Position numbers and translations under genes: made by a program. Source: an uncultured Candidatus Poseidoniales archaeon (GTDB lineage Archaea > Thermoplasmatota > Poseidoniia > Poseidoniales > Thalassarchaeaceae). Taken from it: 64,000 nucleotides of DNA. Location: the NCBI GenBank assembly GCA_964618995.1, contig CAZUBQ010000001.1:83632-147631 (forward strand). Reading direction: 5' to 3'. Position 1 is the first letter of the stretch. Every line of letters begins with the position of its first letter. The notes beneath the pieces were generated by a model. That model searched no databases, was not told the origin of the DNA, and saw nothing but the letters and a program-made list of their open reading frames with translations. Positions 27,800 to 37,756 of this stretch are shown piece by piece.

Positions 27800-28399
27800 A
27801 TGTCTCCTGATATTCCGATTGTTGACACTGCGATACATCTCTCAGTCGAATCGGGATGCGGCGGCACTACGTTCGCCCTGCAGCAGGCTCGCATGGTGCT
27901 CGAGGGCGATGGCAGAGTGGTCTGGGTGTGCTTCAAGCAGCCAGACCCTGAGCGGTTTTCACAACTATTGGGAGTTCTCCCCCCAGTCACGCTCGCCCGC
28001 TTCCATCGGCTTGTAGCCGGGGAGTTGATGCCTCAAGGAATCGACTCTGCGTGTGTACTCGCTGAATCTATGAAATCAATTGAGTTGATTGTCGTCGACG
28101 ATTGGACTCCGGACACCGGACATGTCAGCGCGATGACACTTGCTTCCGTCGAGGAACTTGCTGGAAGCAATTACGCCGAACGAGGTGGCATCCTGCTCGT
28201 TTCAGCGGCGTACTCTGATCCATCAGGGGAGCAAGCAGGCGGTGGCCTGAAGGCACGTGGTGAGGGCAGGTTGAGCGAACTCGGATTCTCAACTTGGTGG
28301 CTAAAGACCGACGAGAGCGGAGGCGGGCATCGAACCATCGGGATGGGTGGGGATGAGATAGCGCTTAGATTGGAATCGCAAGGATTCAAACGAGGCTGA
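27800..28399 (+). CDS. RecA/KaiC-superfamily ATPase-like protein with degenerate Walker A
   Basis: SVESGCGGTTFALQQARMVLEGDGRVVWVCFKQ aligns to the KaiC/RadB P-loop region (GppGsGKTtfalQf...vyvsfEe), but the Walker-A Lys is Gly. A Walker-B-like IELIVVDD is retained. Confidence 0.45.
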   Translation: MSPDIPIVDTAIHLSVESGCGGTTFALQQARMVLEGDGRVVWVCFKQPDPERFSQLLGVLPPVTLARFHRLVAGELMPQGIDSACVLAESMKSIELIVVDDWTPDTGHVSAMTLASVEELAGSNYAERGGILLVSAAYSDPSGEQAGGGLKARGEGRLSELGFSTWWLKTDESGGGHRTIGMGGDEIALRLESQGFKRG

Positions 28400-28401
28400 G
28401 T

Positions 28402-28716
28402 TCAGTCCTCTTCATATTCCAGCCCTTGAGCCTCGGCGGCTGTACGGAGCATGTCCTGCATCTCATCGAGTGCTTCGTCATCGGGTTCCACGAACTGACC
28501 GGGATCCTTCGCCGAACCTCCGAGTTCGTCCTCACCCGCCACCGCCGGTTTGTTTGCTTCGGCAAACTCGGCTCGATTGCGCTGGGCCCGTTGCCTGATG
28601 AACCAGAGCAACCCCAGAACGCAGATTCCCATCATGACATAAGCCATCAGCACACGGTCGACCATGGACACTCCCGCGCGCTCGTCGGTCTTGATTGTTC
28701 GCCGAATTGGGTCCAA
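28402..28716 (-). CDS. Small hypothetical membrane protein (1 TM, acidic C-terminus)
   Basis: ORF properties only. Confidence 0.3.
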   Translation of the reverse strand: MDPIRRTIKTDERAGVSMVDRVLMAYVMMGICVLGLLWFIRQRAQRNRAEFAEANKPAVAGEDELGGSAKDPGQFVEPDDEALDEMQDMLRTAAEAQGLEYEED

Positions 28717-28734
28717 GAGCTATGCCCCGGGTCA

Positions 28735-29973
28735 TCAGCGTGGACGACGCGCCAGAGGACGGGCTAGATGACGTCGCTGAGTGGGTGGAGGTTCGACCCA
28801 ATCGTTGGCCACCCCTACGTGTCCAATCCAATGAGACCTCTGCGAGGAACCACATAGACGGCAGGACAGTGGTTGACCTCTGCCCTTGCGCCTCAGCCTT
28901 CCTCCGCACGCGCACACTGGCCTTGTGAGTTCGCGTGGCCGCGCATCATCAAGTTGTAACTGTTCTAGATGGACACTTCCATCAGGAGATGGCAGACCAG
29001 TCCAATTGAGCCGGTCGCCTACTTCCGCGCTACGGAACAGACGATTCACAGGACCCCCTTCAGCGAATGCCACCAGCACATCCGACCCAATGGACGTGCG
29101 TACCCGGCCTGAAGCGTGCCCGCGGCGTCCGGAACGCACCTGTTCGATGAGTACTCCGGAATCGACTCCACGTAGATGGTCGCCCGTCGCCTGATTGGTC
29201 TGATGCACCCTGCAGGAGTTGGCCTGCTCAACCTGTGGCTGATATTGCAGCCACTCGTGAGCTGAGGCTGCCTGCTCCTGCGATTCAGACCTGATTCCGT
29301 AGAGCACCGGGCAGGGTGTTCTCGGGGTGATCATGCTGCGGCCAGCATTCGGGTCTCGGTTCAGTATGGTGTCCGGGAAGAGGGATGCCATCTTCTCGAC
29401 CGCCTCCTCAGGGACCGTGCGTACAGTTCCAATCTCCTCTTCCTCACGCCAGGCTGTCGCCTCCCATGTCCAATCACCGCTTGCCGGCCAAGCGATGGCA
29501 CTACTGGCGCCAACGACTCCATCCAATCTGGTAACGCTCCAGATAGAGGTGCCTTCAATCGCTTCAAGATCACTCAAACGTACGGACACATCCACTAGGC
29601 CGTGGACTGCCGACCAGTACCATTCCTCAGGTAGGCTGTTCAGGCTGTGGACGAGCACGGGTGCCGAATCCTGTCCATCCGCGCACTCGGGCTTGCCATG
29701 CAGGTGTCCGAAGCGCTGTTTGAACCAATTGTCCAGCAGCGCAATGAATTCATCCTCCGAATCTCCATCCACGTCGATGTAAGCAGCCAGCGCGGCGTTG
29801 CCACGAGTACGTCTCGGAGCGTGTGGCCACAGACGTACTAGTCGTGGGGGCCCGCTGAGACGCCATCCACCTGTGTCCGCGCCGGCCTCGATGTGCGATA
29901 GCAGAAGGTGCATGTCCCAAGTCGTACACCCGCCTGCAAGGCTGTCGGTGTCATCCAATCCGACCCAACCCAT
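28735..29973 (-). CDS. tiaS: tRNA(Ile2) 2-agmatinylcytidine synthetase
   Basis: N-terminal MGWVGLDDTDS...GCTTW kinase-like motif; C-terminal Zn ribbon CACGG...CRLC. ATG at 29973. Confidence 0.8.
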   Translation of the reverse strand: MGWVGLDDTDSLAGGCTTWDMHLLLSHIEAGADTGGWRLSGPPRLVRLWPHAPRRTRGNAALAAYIDVDGDSEDEFIALLDNWFKQRFGHLHGKPECADGQDSAPVLVHSLNSLPEEWYWSAVHGLVDVSVRLSDLEAIEGTSIWSVTRLDGVVGASSAIAWPASGDWTWEATAWREEEEIGTVRTVPEEAVEKMASLFPDTILNRDPNAGRSMITPRTPCPVLYGIRSESQEQAASAHEWLQYQPQVEQANSCRVHQTNQATGDHLRGVDSGVLIEQVRSGRRGHASGRVRTSIGSDVLVAFAEGGPVNRLFRSAEVGDRLNWTGLPSPDGSVHLEQLQLDDARPRELTRPVCACGGRLRRKGRGQPLSCRLCGSSQRSHWIGHVGVANDWVEPPPTQRRHLARPLARRPR

Positions 29974-30020
29974 GGAACTCCCTCTTGTCGCCAGCACTTG
30001 AGCCCGTCGCCGGGCTCGTA

Positions 30021-30653
30021 TCAGAGCATGTGGCCTATGACCGCTGCCAACCCTTTGTCACCAGGGGTACGAAGGAAGCGCACACCATGTGCTGCAGCAG
30101 CTCCTTCGTCGGAATCGCGGTCTCCCACCATGACGGAATCTGCTTCCGCATCGGGTTTTCCAGAGTAGTCAGGTCCGTAGACCAGGTTGGATTCCACCAA
30201 CTGCTGACCTGCGGCCGAACAGTCCAGCAGTTGCCGTGCGACTTGAAGCATCCCCGGACGTGGTTTTCGCGACCAAGCCCGGTCCGACGGATCGTAGGGG
30301 CTGTAGAGAATGAGATCGATGACAGCCTGTTCATTGCCTGCAATCAATTCAGATATCATACGGTCATGAATGCTCGCAAGTCGGTCATGCCCCCACCATC
30401 CACGTCCGATTGGTGATTGATTCGTCACCACCACGATGCGATATCCAGCGTTGCGCAAAGATGCGACCATGTCGGCCATTCCATTGAATAGAGCGAAGTC
30501 GACTTCCGAGTTAACATAACCCTCATCGTTGTCGTTGATCACACCATCTCGGTCGAGGTAGGCAAGCCGTCCACCCCACTCATCACCCCTTGGCAGGGGA
30601 GTCAGTTCGAGAGGGTCGAGCAGGGCAGACCTGTGTCTGTGAGGCAGGAGCAT
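30021..30653 (-). CDS. gmhB: D-glycero-D-manno-heptose 1,7-bisphosphate phosphatase (HAD, GmhB-like)
   Basis: YLDRDGVIN, VVVTNQS, KPRPGM and MVGDRDSD HAD motifs in GmhB order. Confidence 0.7.
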   Translation of the reverse strand: MLLPHRHRSALLDPLELTPLPRGDEWGGRLAYLDRDGVINDNDEGYVNSEVDFALFNGMADMVASLRNAGYRIVVVTNQSPIGRGWWGHDRLASIHDRMISELIAGNEQAVIDLILYSPYDPSDRAWSRKPRPGMLQVARQLLDCSAAGQQLVESNLVYGPDYSGKPDAEADSVMVGDRDSDEGAAAAHGVRFLRTPGDKGLAAVIGHML

Positions 30654-30662
30654 TACACGACC

Positions 30663-31247
30663 TCAATCTGAGCAAGTGCCTGAGGTAGCCTTGACCGCTT
30701 CCTTGACTATGTGATTGATGACGAGTTGCAAATCCTCGATGCGTTCCATCGATGTCGTGTCACACACGATGGCCACATCCACAATCCCCGCCAGAGCGCC
30801 GCCACCACCACCGCGGTAGTCACCGCTGATGCAGGCGGTGGTGCAGCCCACCTCGCGGGCGTGTGCCATTCCATTGAGCACATTCGCCGAATTCCCAGAG
30901 CCGCTGTAACCAACCACCAAATCACCTGGACGCGCCCAGGTCTCCAGGGCCCCGACAAACACGTTGTCGTATGAGGTGTCGTTCGCCCACGCTGTCAGGC
31001 TGGCAACATTATCGACATGGCAGATGGTTCTCAAGGAGAGTTCCTTGGCCCAGTCCCCAGCTGAGTGGGATGGAGTCGCAGCAGAGCCTCCGTTTCCGAT
31101 GAAGTGGACGGTGCCGCCATTCTCGATGACCGTGCAGACGGCGAGGTATAGGTCGCGGATGGAATCCTTGGGCAGAACAGAGAGGGTGTAGGTGAGATCG
31201 GCCACATAGGATTCGATGAACGAATCGAAATCGAAATCTGCGCTCAT
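30663..31247 (-). CDS. gmhA: Phosphoheptose (sedoheptulose-7-phosphate) isomerase, SIS domain
   Basis: HFIGNGGSAA, GYSGSGNSANV (compare E. coli GNGGS...STSGNSANV). Confidence 0.75.
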   Translation of the reverse strand: MSADFDFDSFIESYVADLTYTLSVLPKDSIRDLYLAVCTVIENGGTVHFIGNGGSAATPSHSAGDWAKELSLRTICHVDNVASLTAWANDTSYDNVFVGALETWARPGDLVVGYSGSGNSANVLNGMAHAREVGCTTACISGDYRGGGGGALAGIVDVAIVCDTTSMERIEDLQLVINHIVKEAVKATSGTCSD

Positions 31248-31281
31248 TTACACTCCTCGGACCGCTCGCTGCAAGGCAGCC

Positions 31282-31289
31282 TATTTACG
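31282..31289. promoter_or_regulatory. Candidate TATA box in the gmhA / archaeosortase-like divergent intergenic region
   Basis: ctatttac lies ~27-34 nt upstream of ATG 31316 on the + strand, and ~35 nt upstream of the gmhA ATG on the - strand (as taaatag). Confidence 0.3.
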
Positions 31290-31315
31290 AGTTGTTGAGC
31301 CACAACTGCACCATA

Positions 31316-32305
31316 ATGGCGACTTGGGGATTCCTCGAAGCCGCGGGGGACACCCTCGGCGTTAGCTCCACTACCGTTGAACTTCTGATTCCGTTCAGTG
31401 GATTGTTGTTGCTCGCGTACTCCTTCCACGGGGGGACTGAGACACCCGCTCGATATTCAGCACCAGCATGGATTCTCATCGGACTGTATTTCTTCCTAGC
31501 CGCTCCGCACTACGTGGACATTGGCGACTGGGTGCTGGTCGTGATGACGGCATCAGCGCTTCCGCTCGGAATCGCCTTGGGCTGGTGGGACCTGAAGATT
31601 GAACGGGATGGGTTGGATGAACCTGCCCTCGTCTGGTTGCGTGGCTGCGTCTTCTGGGCCGCATTCCCTTACCTGATGACGGCGCACATGCCGCATCTGT
31701 CCATCGCCGCGGTATACATCACAGCCTCGCAGGGGGTGCTGTTCCTCCACTGGGCAGGTATCGCCGACCTACAGTTAGGTGACCCGCAGGTGGAGTATGC
31801 CGATGGTTCGGTCGTCCCATACTCTGAGTTCAGTGGCAACCAATGGTTCCACACCGAAGCACTGGGTGAAGGTGGATTCTTCATCCCGCTGCTGAACGCC
31901 GACGGTACGCCGCTGGGAATATCTATCGTACTCGCCTGTTCTGCGTTGCAGTCGATGATCATCTTCGTCGGCGCCCTAGTGGCGCTGCGTGGTGTGTCAT
32001 GGAAACTGAGAGCGCGTGCCCTTCTGCTGACCCTACCAGTCATCCATGTTCTGAACGTGTTTCGCAACGCTGGTATAATCTGGCTCAAGATGACTTACCC
32101 CGACTGGCGTCTGATGGGTATTGACATCTTTGATTTCGGCCACTCCTACGCTGCAAAATTCGGCTCTCTGTTCGCGATGTTCCTGATGGCGATAGTACTG
32201 TTCGAACTGCTGCCGACCCTGCACTCCCACGTGCTCCGTCTGCTCGAGCCCCTCCTGCGCGTCATCGACAAGATTTTCCCGCCGCCCAATCCGAAGGCAG
32301 TTTGA
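31316..32305 (+). CDS. Polytopic membrane protein, archaeosortase/exosortase-like
   Basis: ~8 TM. Candidate active-site region ACSALQSMIIF and an N/R motif VLNVFRNAGIIW resemble the exosortase/archaeosortase family. Weak assignment. Confidence 0.4.
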   Translation: MATWGFLEAAGDTLGVSSTTVELLIPFSGLLLLAYSFHGGTETPARYSAPAWILIGLYFFLAAPHYVDIGDWVLVVMTASALPLGIALGWWDLKIERDGLDEPALVWLRGCVFWAAFPYLMTAHMPHLSIAAVYITASQGVLFLHWAGIADLQLGDPQVEYADGSVVPYSEFSGNQWFHTEALGEGGFFIPLLNADGTPLGISIVLACSALQSMIIFVGALVALRGVSWKLRARALLLTLPVIHVLNVFRNAGIIWLKMTYPDWRLMGIDIFDFGHSYAAKFGSLFAMFLMAIVLFELLPTLHSHVLRLLEPLLRVIDKIFPPPNPKAV

Positions 32306-32329
32306 GAATCGCCACCCGTACTCGAGACT

Positions 32330-35300
32330 CTATCGTCCTCGAATTCTGTCGAGAACCTTGCCCCGCAGCGGCATGTTGTGTTCCCAGGCGAACTCCTTGA
32401 TCACGCGGACCGCCTCCTTCTCCAGCTTGGGGTCGGTCACGAAATCTGTCACGTCGATGATGTCGTCCCTCGTATTCGCCTTGAAGGCGGCGATAGCATC
32501 CTCGTTGTGGAACACTAGGTAGGCCGAGCCGAAGCCGAACCGCTCGCGCAGCAGAGCCGAGAAATATGGGGCGAGCGGGTCTGAGGGGGGGAGTACGAAA
32601 TCCCTCATTGGCGGTAATTCCGAGGCATTCTCGAGCATCTCTTTGCGCCCCCAGCAGATCTCGAAGATGTCTTCGAGCAGGAATCCCTTGATGAACACGC
32701 CATCGTCCTCCAGTTGCTTGAGCACATCCATCACATCCTCTGGCTTGAACGGCCTGCCAGCGAGCCTCTCGAACTGCTTCAGGGTGATGACGGGAATCTC
32801 CTCTATCAGTTCACGCAGATACTCCTGCTTCAACTCCAGAACATCGACGTCCGTCAAGGGGTCGACGGTACGGAAGCCACCTCGGTAATCCTGCACCAGG
32901 TGCCCAGAGCGGATGAGTGGTTGGGCCAGTTTGCGGAACTCGGAGCGGGTCATCGCATGCCTGTCCATGAACAGTTGGGGATCGGAATTCTCTGAGAAGA
33001 ATTCGAGCACGTCGAGCAACTCCTCGTCAGGTGGCTGGTTGCGGATGGTGAGCAATCGCTGGAAGTGCTGGTAGGGAGCGTATACCCGATGACTGCGCAG
33101 GTTGGTTCCTTGGTGCAACTGGCTCGCAGTCGCCATTGACTTCAGGTCGACGCGGTACATCTCGCATCTGCCGCGCAGAGCGAAATCGTCGCGCACCTCA
33201 GCAATCTGCCTGACTGCCAACGTCTCATTCTCGCTGCGCGTCTTCTGGTGCAGGTTCGTGTTGTAGAACAGCGTACGAATCGACTCGTTTGGCGGACGGG
33301 GGTCCATCACACCGCCGCGCATCATGCGCTCACCGTCGCCGACGAAGCGGAATCCTATGTCCTCAAACGCCTTCTTGGTGGTGTCATCAGCCAGCGCAAT
33401 CGACTCTCCATTGAAGTTAGTCAACAGTGCCACGTCGACCAGAGTGTCCCTGTAGTTGTTCAGTAACCGTTCGAACTGCTTCGTGAACTCGTCCAGATAG
33501 GCGTGTGGAATGTGGATGTCCCTAACCTCAAGGTAGTCGTTGACCTTGTACATCAGGATGCGACCAACAGGGTCCACTCCCTTGAACACGGGATAGTACC
33601 ATCCCTGCTTGAGGACGTAGCGCACCTCCTGGATGAATCTGGAGCAGAACGGGTCGGACTGTGTGAGAATGCGCATGTCGCGGTCCTCGCGCACGCTCTT
33701 GCGCACTTGGATGGCGTCCTCGGGCAAGCAGTAGAACTCAGTAAGTTCAGGCTGCAGCGCCAGCACCACAGAAATCTTGCCGGCATCGATTAGTTCACGG
33801 ACGGCCTCATCGACTTCTTCGGGTGAACGGCTGATGTAATTGCCAAGTGTGTAGCGCTTGACCGGACCGATACGCTTGATCAGTTCAAGAAGTGCATCGA
33901 GGAATGGCATCGGCTCGTAGACCTCGTGCACACGATGGAACAGCGACAGGCTGCGCTTACGTTCAGGCAATTCCTCGTACTGCTTGACGAATACCATCTG
34001 GCGCTCGAGGTTGGCGAGGGCGTGTTTAGCGTGGTTCATCACATGTTTGTGCTCGTCACCCTTCGGGATGTCGATGAACAGGTCCTTCCTCACCACATTC
34101 TCTCCTGCTGGCATCTTGCTGAGTACCTTGGTCTCCATTTCGCCGACCCACGGCTCTGGCCTCAGGCCCAGCAACAGTGGAAGTTGATCGATTTTGGTGT
34201 AGCCCACCCGATTGTGCAACAACCTCCCCATGACCACGTCGGGGTCATGTTTGAGGTCCTTCCAGTCGGCGAAACGGTACTCTGATACGCGGTCCAGCAG
34301 TTCGTGCATCTTCTGGAACATGACGTGAGATTCGAAAGCCTCCAACGGATCCTCGTGGAGTTTGAAGGACTTGGACAACAGCATATTCTGGAGCAGACGA
34401 TATTCAATCACTTTCTCCTTACCGCCGGTTATGTAGTGTTCATCCACTTTGAGAATAAATTCCCCTTCGTCCGTTCCTCTATAGAATCCTATTGAAACCA
34501 CGTTGCGTACTTCCAGTTCATGCAGCATGTTCTCGATCATCCTCTGTGGGAAGGGTAACCGTTCATCCAATTGCTCCAGTTGCTGTGGACCTTCACTACC
34601 CAGCATGTCAACCAATTTCACACGCAGGCACTCGTGTGGGTCTGACAAGGGTACATCCGCCCATGAACTGGGATTGTTTCCCTCGAATCCGTCGGCCATC
34701 TTGTATGTCAGCCCGCCAGTGTAGAGTTGGCGCAGGTCGTCCAATTCTCCCGCACCTTGGCTAGCGAGGACGCCTAGGGTACCGTGAATGTCCGCCATTC
34801 GACCTGAGAACCATTTGCCATCGACCTGATCGTTCCCAGTTCCTTTGATCTTGGTAATATCGTCCCGTTTGAGCAGTTCATCCCGCCACTGGCGCAGGAT
34901 GGCGTTGTCGATTCCCTCGAGCTTGTCGGCATACAGTGGATTCTGTAGGCCACTTTCCAGCCCTCCACCCATGTCCATGAGTTTCAGCAGACCGTCGGCG
35001 TCCTCTGGCACGGCCACTTTGTCGCGGTAGTACTGGTCGACCCCCATGGAATCGAGGTCGGTTGCAAGAGCACGGCGCCCGAGCAACCGGCGCAGAATCT
35101 CCGGGTCGATGTCCTTGATGAGGTAGGCTCGGGTGCGCAGCGCAAGCAGGTCCTCGAACGCTGACATGTAGAGGTTCATGCCCAGTGGCGATGGAATCTT
35201 CACCTGAGTGTGAATGATGCGCGCGTCGCCTTTGATCACATCATCGATGAACGATTCGAGTCCGGGCAGGTCAAGGTCGTGTTGCAGAATCTCGTTGCAC

Positions 35301-37639
35301 GCCTCTCGCACCAGCAGAGAATCATCCATGGCTCGGTGGTTGCGGAACAGCGTCTCCGCCTTCTGCTGGAACTGCTGAGGGGAGACCTCCTCGGCGCCGA
35401 CGCGTCGCGGAATTATCAGACTGCGTCCAGCAACCTCGCGGAAGCGTTTGGCGAACAGTTGGGTGTCGAGCAGATGGGTTTCAATCAAGCCCCGGTGGTC
35501 ATTGGTGGCGAACAGATGCGGGAACGACTCCGGTTCAATCTCATGTGACATTTTTGCGAGGAAGCCGTTCTCATCGAACGACAGTTCGTGAACATCGATG
35601 TCATTGGCCTTCGCCAACCCGGCGAAGAAGTATCCCAGCGTGAGGTTGAACGCTCTCCCCCTACAGGTAGTGACCATGTACGTCGGGATTCCGACTTGGA
35701 TCTGCTCCAGCAGGATGCGATTGTGCGCTGGAACAGTGAACGTTTCCGCAAGATGCTGCTCCAGGAAGACGGCGACACCGTTGGCTACTGGTTGAGTCAA
35801 ACCATATGCATCGGTGAGCAGCTTACGCGGGTCCCGCTGCCTTCGAAGGGCGGTTACACAAGCCCCGAGTAGGCTGAGTACTGCACCCGACAGTTCTGGG
35901 CTGCGGCTCTGTGCCTCACCAGACCAGGAGGGGACGGTAGGGCGAAATCCCGTGACTGGGGAGACGTTTACGCGCGAACCCTGAATGGACTGGATGCGGT
36001 AGGTGGTTCCACCGAGTAGGACCACATCTCCACCGCGAAGGTTCTGTACGAACGAGGAGGATAATTGGCCGACCATCGAACCGTCGGTGTTGAGCACGAG
36101 GTAGTTGTTGTCTGGAGCGATGGTGCCGATGTTGGTGTAGTAGATCATCTGCGAGTACCCGCGCTTGCCGAACGCGTTGTCCTCCCATTCGACCCAGATG
36201 CGATTCTCTTCCTCGAGCATGTCGAGAACCTCGATGTAATCATCGTAGGGAAAATCACGAAACGACCATGTGGCGGTTATGAGAGAGTAAGCCTCGTCGA
36301 TGTCCTGCTCGCCGATGATAGTCAGCCCGACGATGAACTGCGCCAGCACGTCGAGAGAGTTTTCCGGAAAACGCAATTGGTCCATCTCACCTTCCATGAT
36401 GGCTCCCTGCAACGCCACCAACTCGATGAGGTCGTGCGGACTGCTGGGCAGGAATCGCGCCCTCGGCACGCCACCTACGTGATGTCCCGCCCTGCCGATG
36501 CGCTGCAGACCTGTGGTAATCGAGCCTGGCGAACCAAGTTGCACCACCAGATCGACGCTGCCGATGTCGATGCCCAACTCGAGCGAGGAGGACGAGACCG
36601 CGCAGCGCAGTTCTCCATCCTTCAATCGCTGCTCGACCTCGAGGCGAATCGTCTTGTCCATCGAACCGTGATGTGCCTGGATGGCGTCGCCATCCCAACC
36701 AATGATGCGCCTGAGTCTGGACACAATCTCCTCTGTCATCGCTCGTGTGTTTACGAACACCAGCGTGGTCGTATGTGCCTCTACGAGGTCTCGTATACGT
36801 TCGACGTTGGCATCGAGGATTTGCTTGTGATCGAACTGCGGGTCGTTGAAGCGCTCGTGTGGCAGAATGATGTCCAAGTCGAGTTCGCGAGCCCCGGAGA
36901 CCTTGGCGATGCACACTTTCTGGTCATCCCCTTCTTCTTCGCGACTGTCCGAGGAAACAAGGTAGTGGGCGACCTGTTCGAGTGGTTCCATGGTCGCTGA
37001 GATACCGATGCGCTGCACTGGTGTCTCGATGACGGTGTCCAGTAGTGAGAGGGAGAGGGCGAGGTGCACACCGCGCTTGGTCGGCACGAGGCTGTGCATC
37101 TCGTCAATCACCAACCATGACAGTTGGGAGTAATGTGGGCGGAATCTCTTGGCGGCGAGAGTAAGGGCCAGGCTCTCAGGGGTGGTAATCAGGATGTGCG
37201 GAGGCTTGCGGAGCATCTTCTGACGCTCGGATTGACTGGTATCTCCAGTTCGCAATCCAACTCGAATGTCTTTCGCGCGGCTGGGCAGGAAGCGCTCCTT
37301 GATCTCGGTCAGCGGCCCGATGAGGTTCTTCTGGATATCATTAGCGAGCGCCTTGATTGGTGAGATGTAGACACAGTATACTCGCTCCTCCAGTTCTCCG
37401 TCCATAGATTTTCGAATCAGGTTATCGATGATTGACAGGAACGCGGTCAGGGTCTTGCCGCTGCCTGTGGGGCTACATAGCAGTAGGTGCTCACCACCGA
37501 TGATACTTGGAATAGCCAACTTCTGGGGATCTGTGAAATCGGGGAACGTGTCCTCGAACCAGTCCCGTACAGGTTGGCTCAAGTCAGCGTATATCGACTC
37601 GGATTCGGAGTACGAATCCAAGTATACTGTTTCAACCAT
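32330..37639 (-). CDS. lhr: Lhr-type (large helicase-related) DExH helicase with very long C-terminal region
   Basis: Lhr N-terminus (FPDFTDPQKLAIPSIIGGEHLLLCSPTGSGKT), DEMH box, motif VI (GRAGHH), then WH and Lhr-specific domain, followed by a further ~900 aa. 1769 aa from ATG 37639; an upstream GTG at 37675 is also possible. Confidence 0.85.
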   Translation of the reverse strand: MVETVYLDSYSESESIYADLSQPVRDWFEDTFPDFTDPQKLAIPSIIGGEHLLLCSPTGSGKTLTAFLSIIDNLIRKSMDGELEERVYCVYISPIKALANDIQKNLIGPLTEIKERFLPSRAKDIRVGLRTGDTSQSERQKMLRKPPHILITTPESLALTLAAKRFRPHYSQLSWLVIDEMHSLVPTKRGVHLALSLSLLDTVIETPVQRIGISATMEPLEQVAHYLVSSDSREEEGDDQKVCIAKVSGARELDLDIILPHERFNDPQFDHKQILDANVERIRDLVEAHTTTLVFVNTRAMTEEIVSRLRRIIGWDGDAIQAHHGSMDKTIRLEVEQRLKDGELRCAVSSSSLELGIDIGSVDLVVQLGSPGSITTGLQRIGRAGHHVGGVPRARFLPSSPHDLIELVALQGAIMEGEMDQLRFPENSLDVLAQFIVGLTIIGEQDIDEAYSLITATWSFRDFPYDDYIEVLDMLEEENRIWVEWEDNAFGKRGYSQMIYYTNIGTIAPDNNYLVLNTDGSMVGQLSSSFVQNLRGGDVVLLGGTTYRIQSIQGSRVNVSPVTGFRPTVPSWSGEAQSRSPELSGAVLSLLGACVTALRRQRDPRKLLTDAYGLTQPVANGVAVFLEQHLAETFTVPAHNRILLEQIQVGIPTYMVTTCRGRAFNLTLGYFFAGLAKANDIDVHELSFDENGFLAKMSHEIEPESFPHLFATNDHRGLIETHLLDTQLFAKRFREVAGRSLIIPRRVGAEEVSPQQFQQKAETLFRNHRAMDDSLLVREACNEILQHDLDLPGLESFIDDVIKGDARIIHTQVKIPSPLGMNLYMSAFEDLLALRTRAYLIKDIDPEILRRLLGRRALATDLDSMGVDQYYRDKVAVPEDADGLLKLMDMGGGLESGLQNPLYADKLEGIDNAILRQWRDELLKRDDITKIKGTGNDQVDGKWFSGRMADIHGTLGVLASQGAGELDDLRQLYTGGLTYKMADGFEGNNPSSWADVPLSDPHECLRVKLVDMLGSEGPQQLEQLDERLPFPQRMIENMLHELEVRNVVSIGFYRGTDEGEFILKVDEHYITGGKEKVIEYRLLQNMLLSKSFKLHEDPLEAFESHVMFQKMHELLDRVSEYRFADWKDLKHDPDVVMGRLLHNRVGYTKIDQLPLLLGLRPEPWVGEMETKVLSKMPAGENVVRKDLFIDIPKGDEHKHVMNHAKHALANLERQMVFVKQYEELPERKRSLSLFHRVHEVYEPMPFLDALLELIKRIGPVKRYTLGNYISRSPEEVDEAVRELIDAGKISVVLALQPELTEFYCLPEDAIQVRKSVREDRDMRILTQSDPFCSRFIQEVRYVLKQGWYYPVFKGVDPVGRILMYKVNDYLEVRDIHIPHAYLDEFTKQFERLLNNYRDTLVDVALLTNFNGESIALADDTTKKAFEDIGFRFVGDGERMMRGGVMDPRPPNESIRTLFYNTNLHQKTRSENETLAVRQIAEVRDDFALRGRCEMYRVDLKSMATASQLHQGTNLRSHRVYAPYQHFQRLLTIRNQPPDEELLDVLEFFSENSDPQLFMDRHAMTRSEFRKLAQPLIRSGHLVQDYRGGFRTVDPLTDVDVLELKQEYLRELIEEIPVITLKQFERLAGRPFKPEDVMDVLKQLEDDGVFIKGFLLEDIFEICWGRKEMLENASELPPMRDFVLPPSDPLAPYFSALLRERFGFGSAYLVFHNEDAIAAFKANTRDDIIDVTDFVTDPKLEKEAVRVIKEFAWEHNMPLRGKVLDRIRGR

Positions 37640-37756
37640 GATACTTCTCGCCTTTGAATTCGGCGGACAGCGCACCGAGGCGATATATCAATCATTCCCT
37701 ATTCAAATGAAAATCGATTACCCTCCCATCGGTTCAGCGGATGAACAAGGTGGGTT

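Noticed and set aside
28375-28400. tRNA-like TPsiC-arm sequence 'ggattcaaac' near 28383
   Set aside because: Flanking sequence does not give an acceptor/T-stem pairing or a canonical T-loop, and it lies inside a CDS. No tRNA could be supported by eye anywhere in the window; a tRNAscan/ARAGORN run is needed to be certain.
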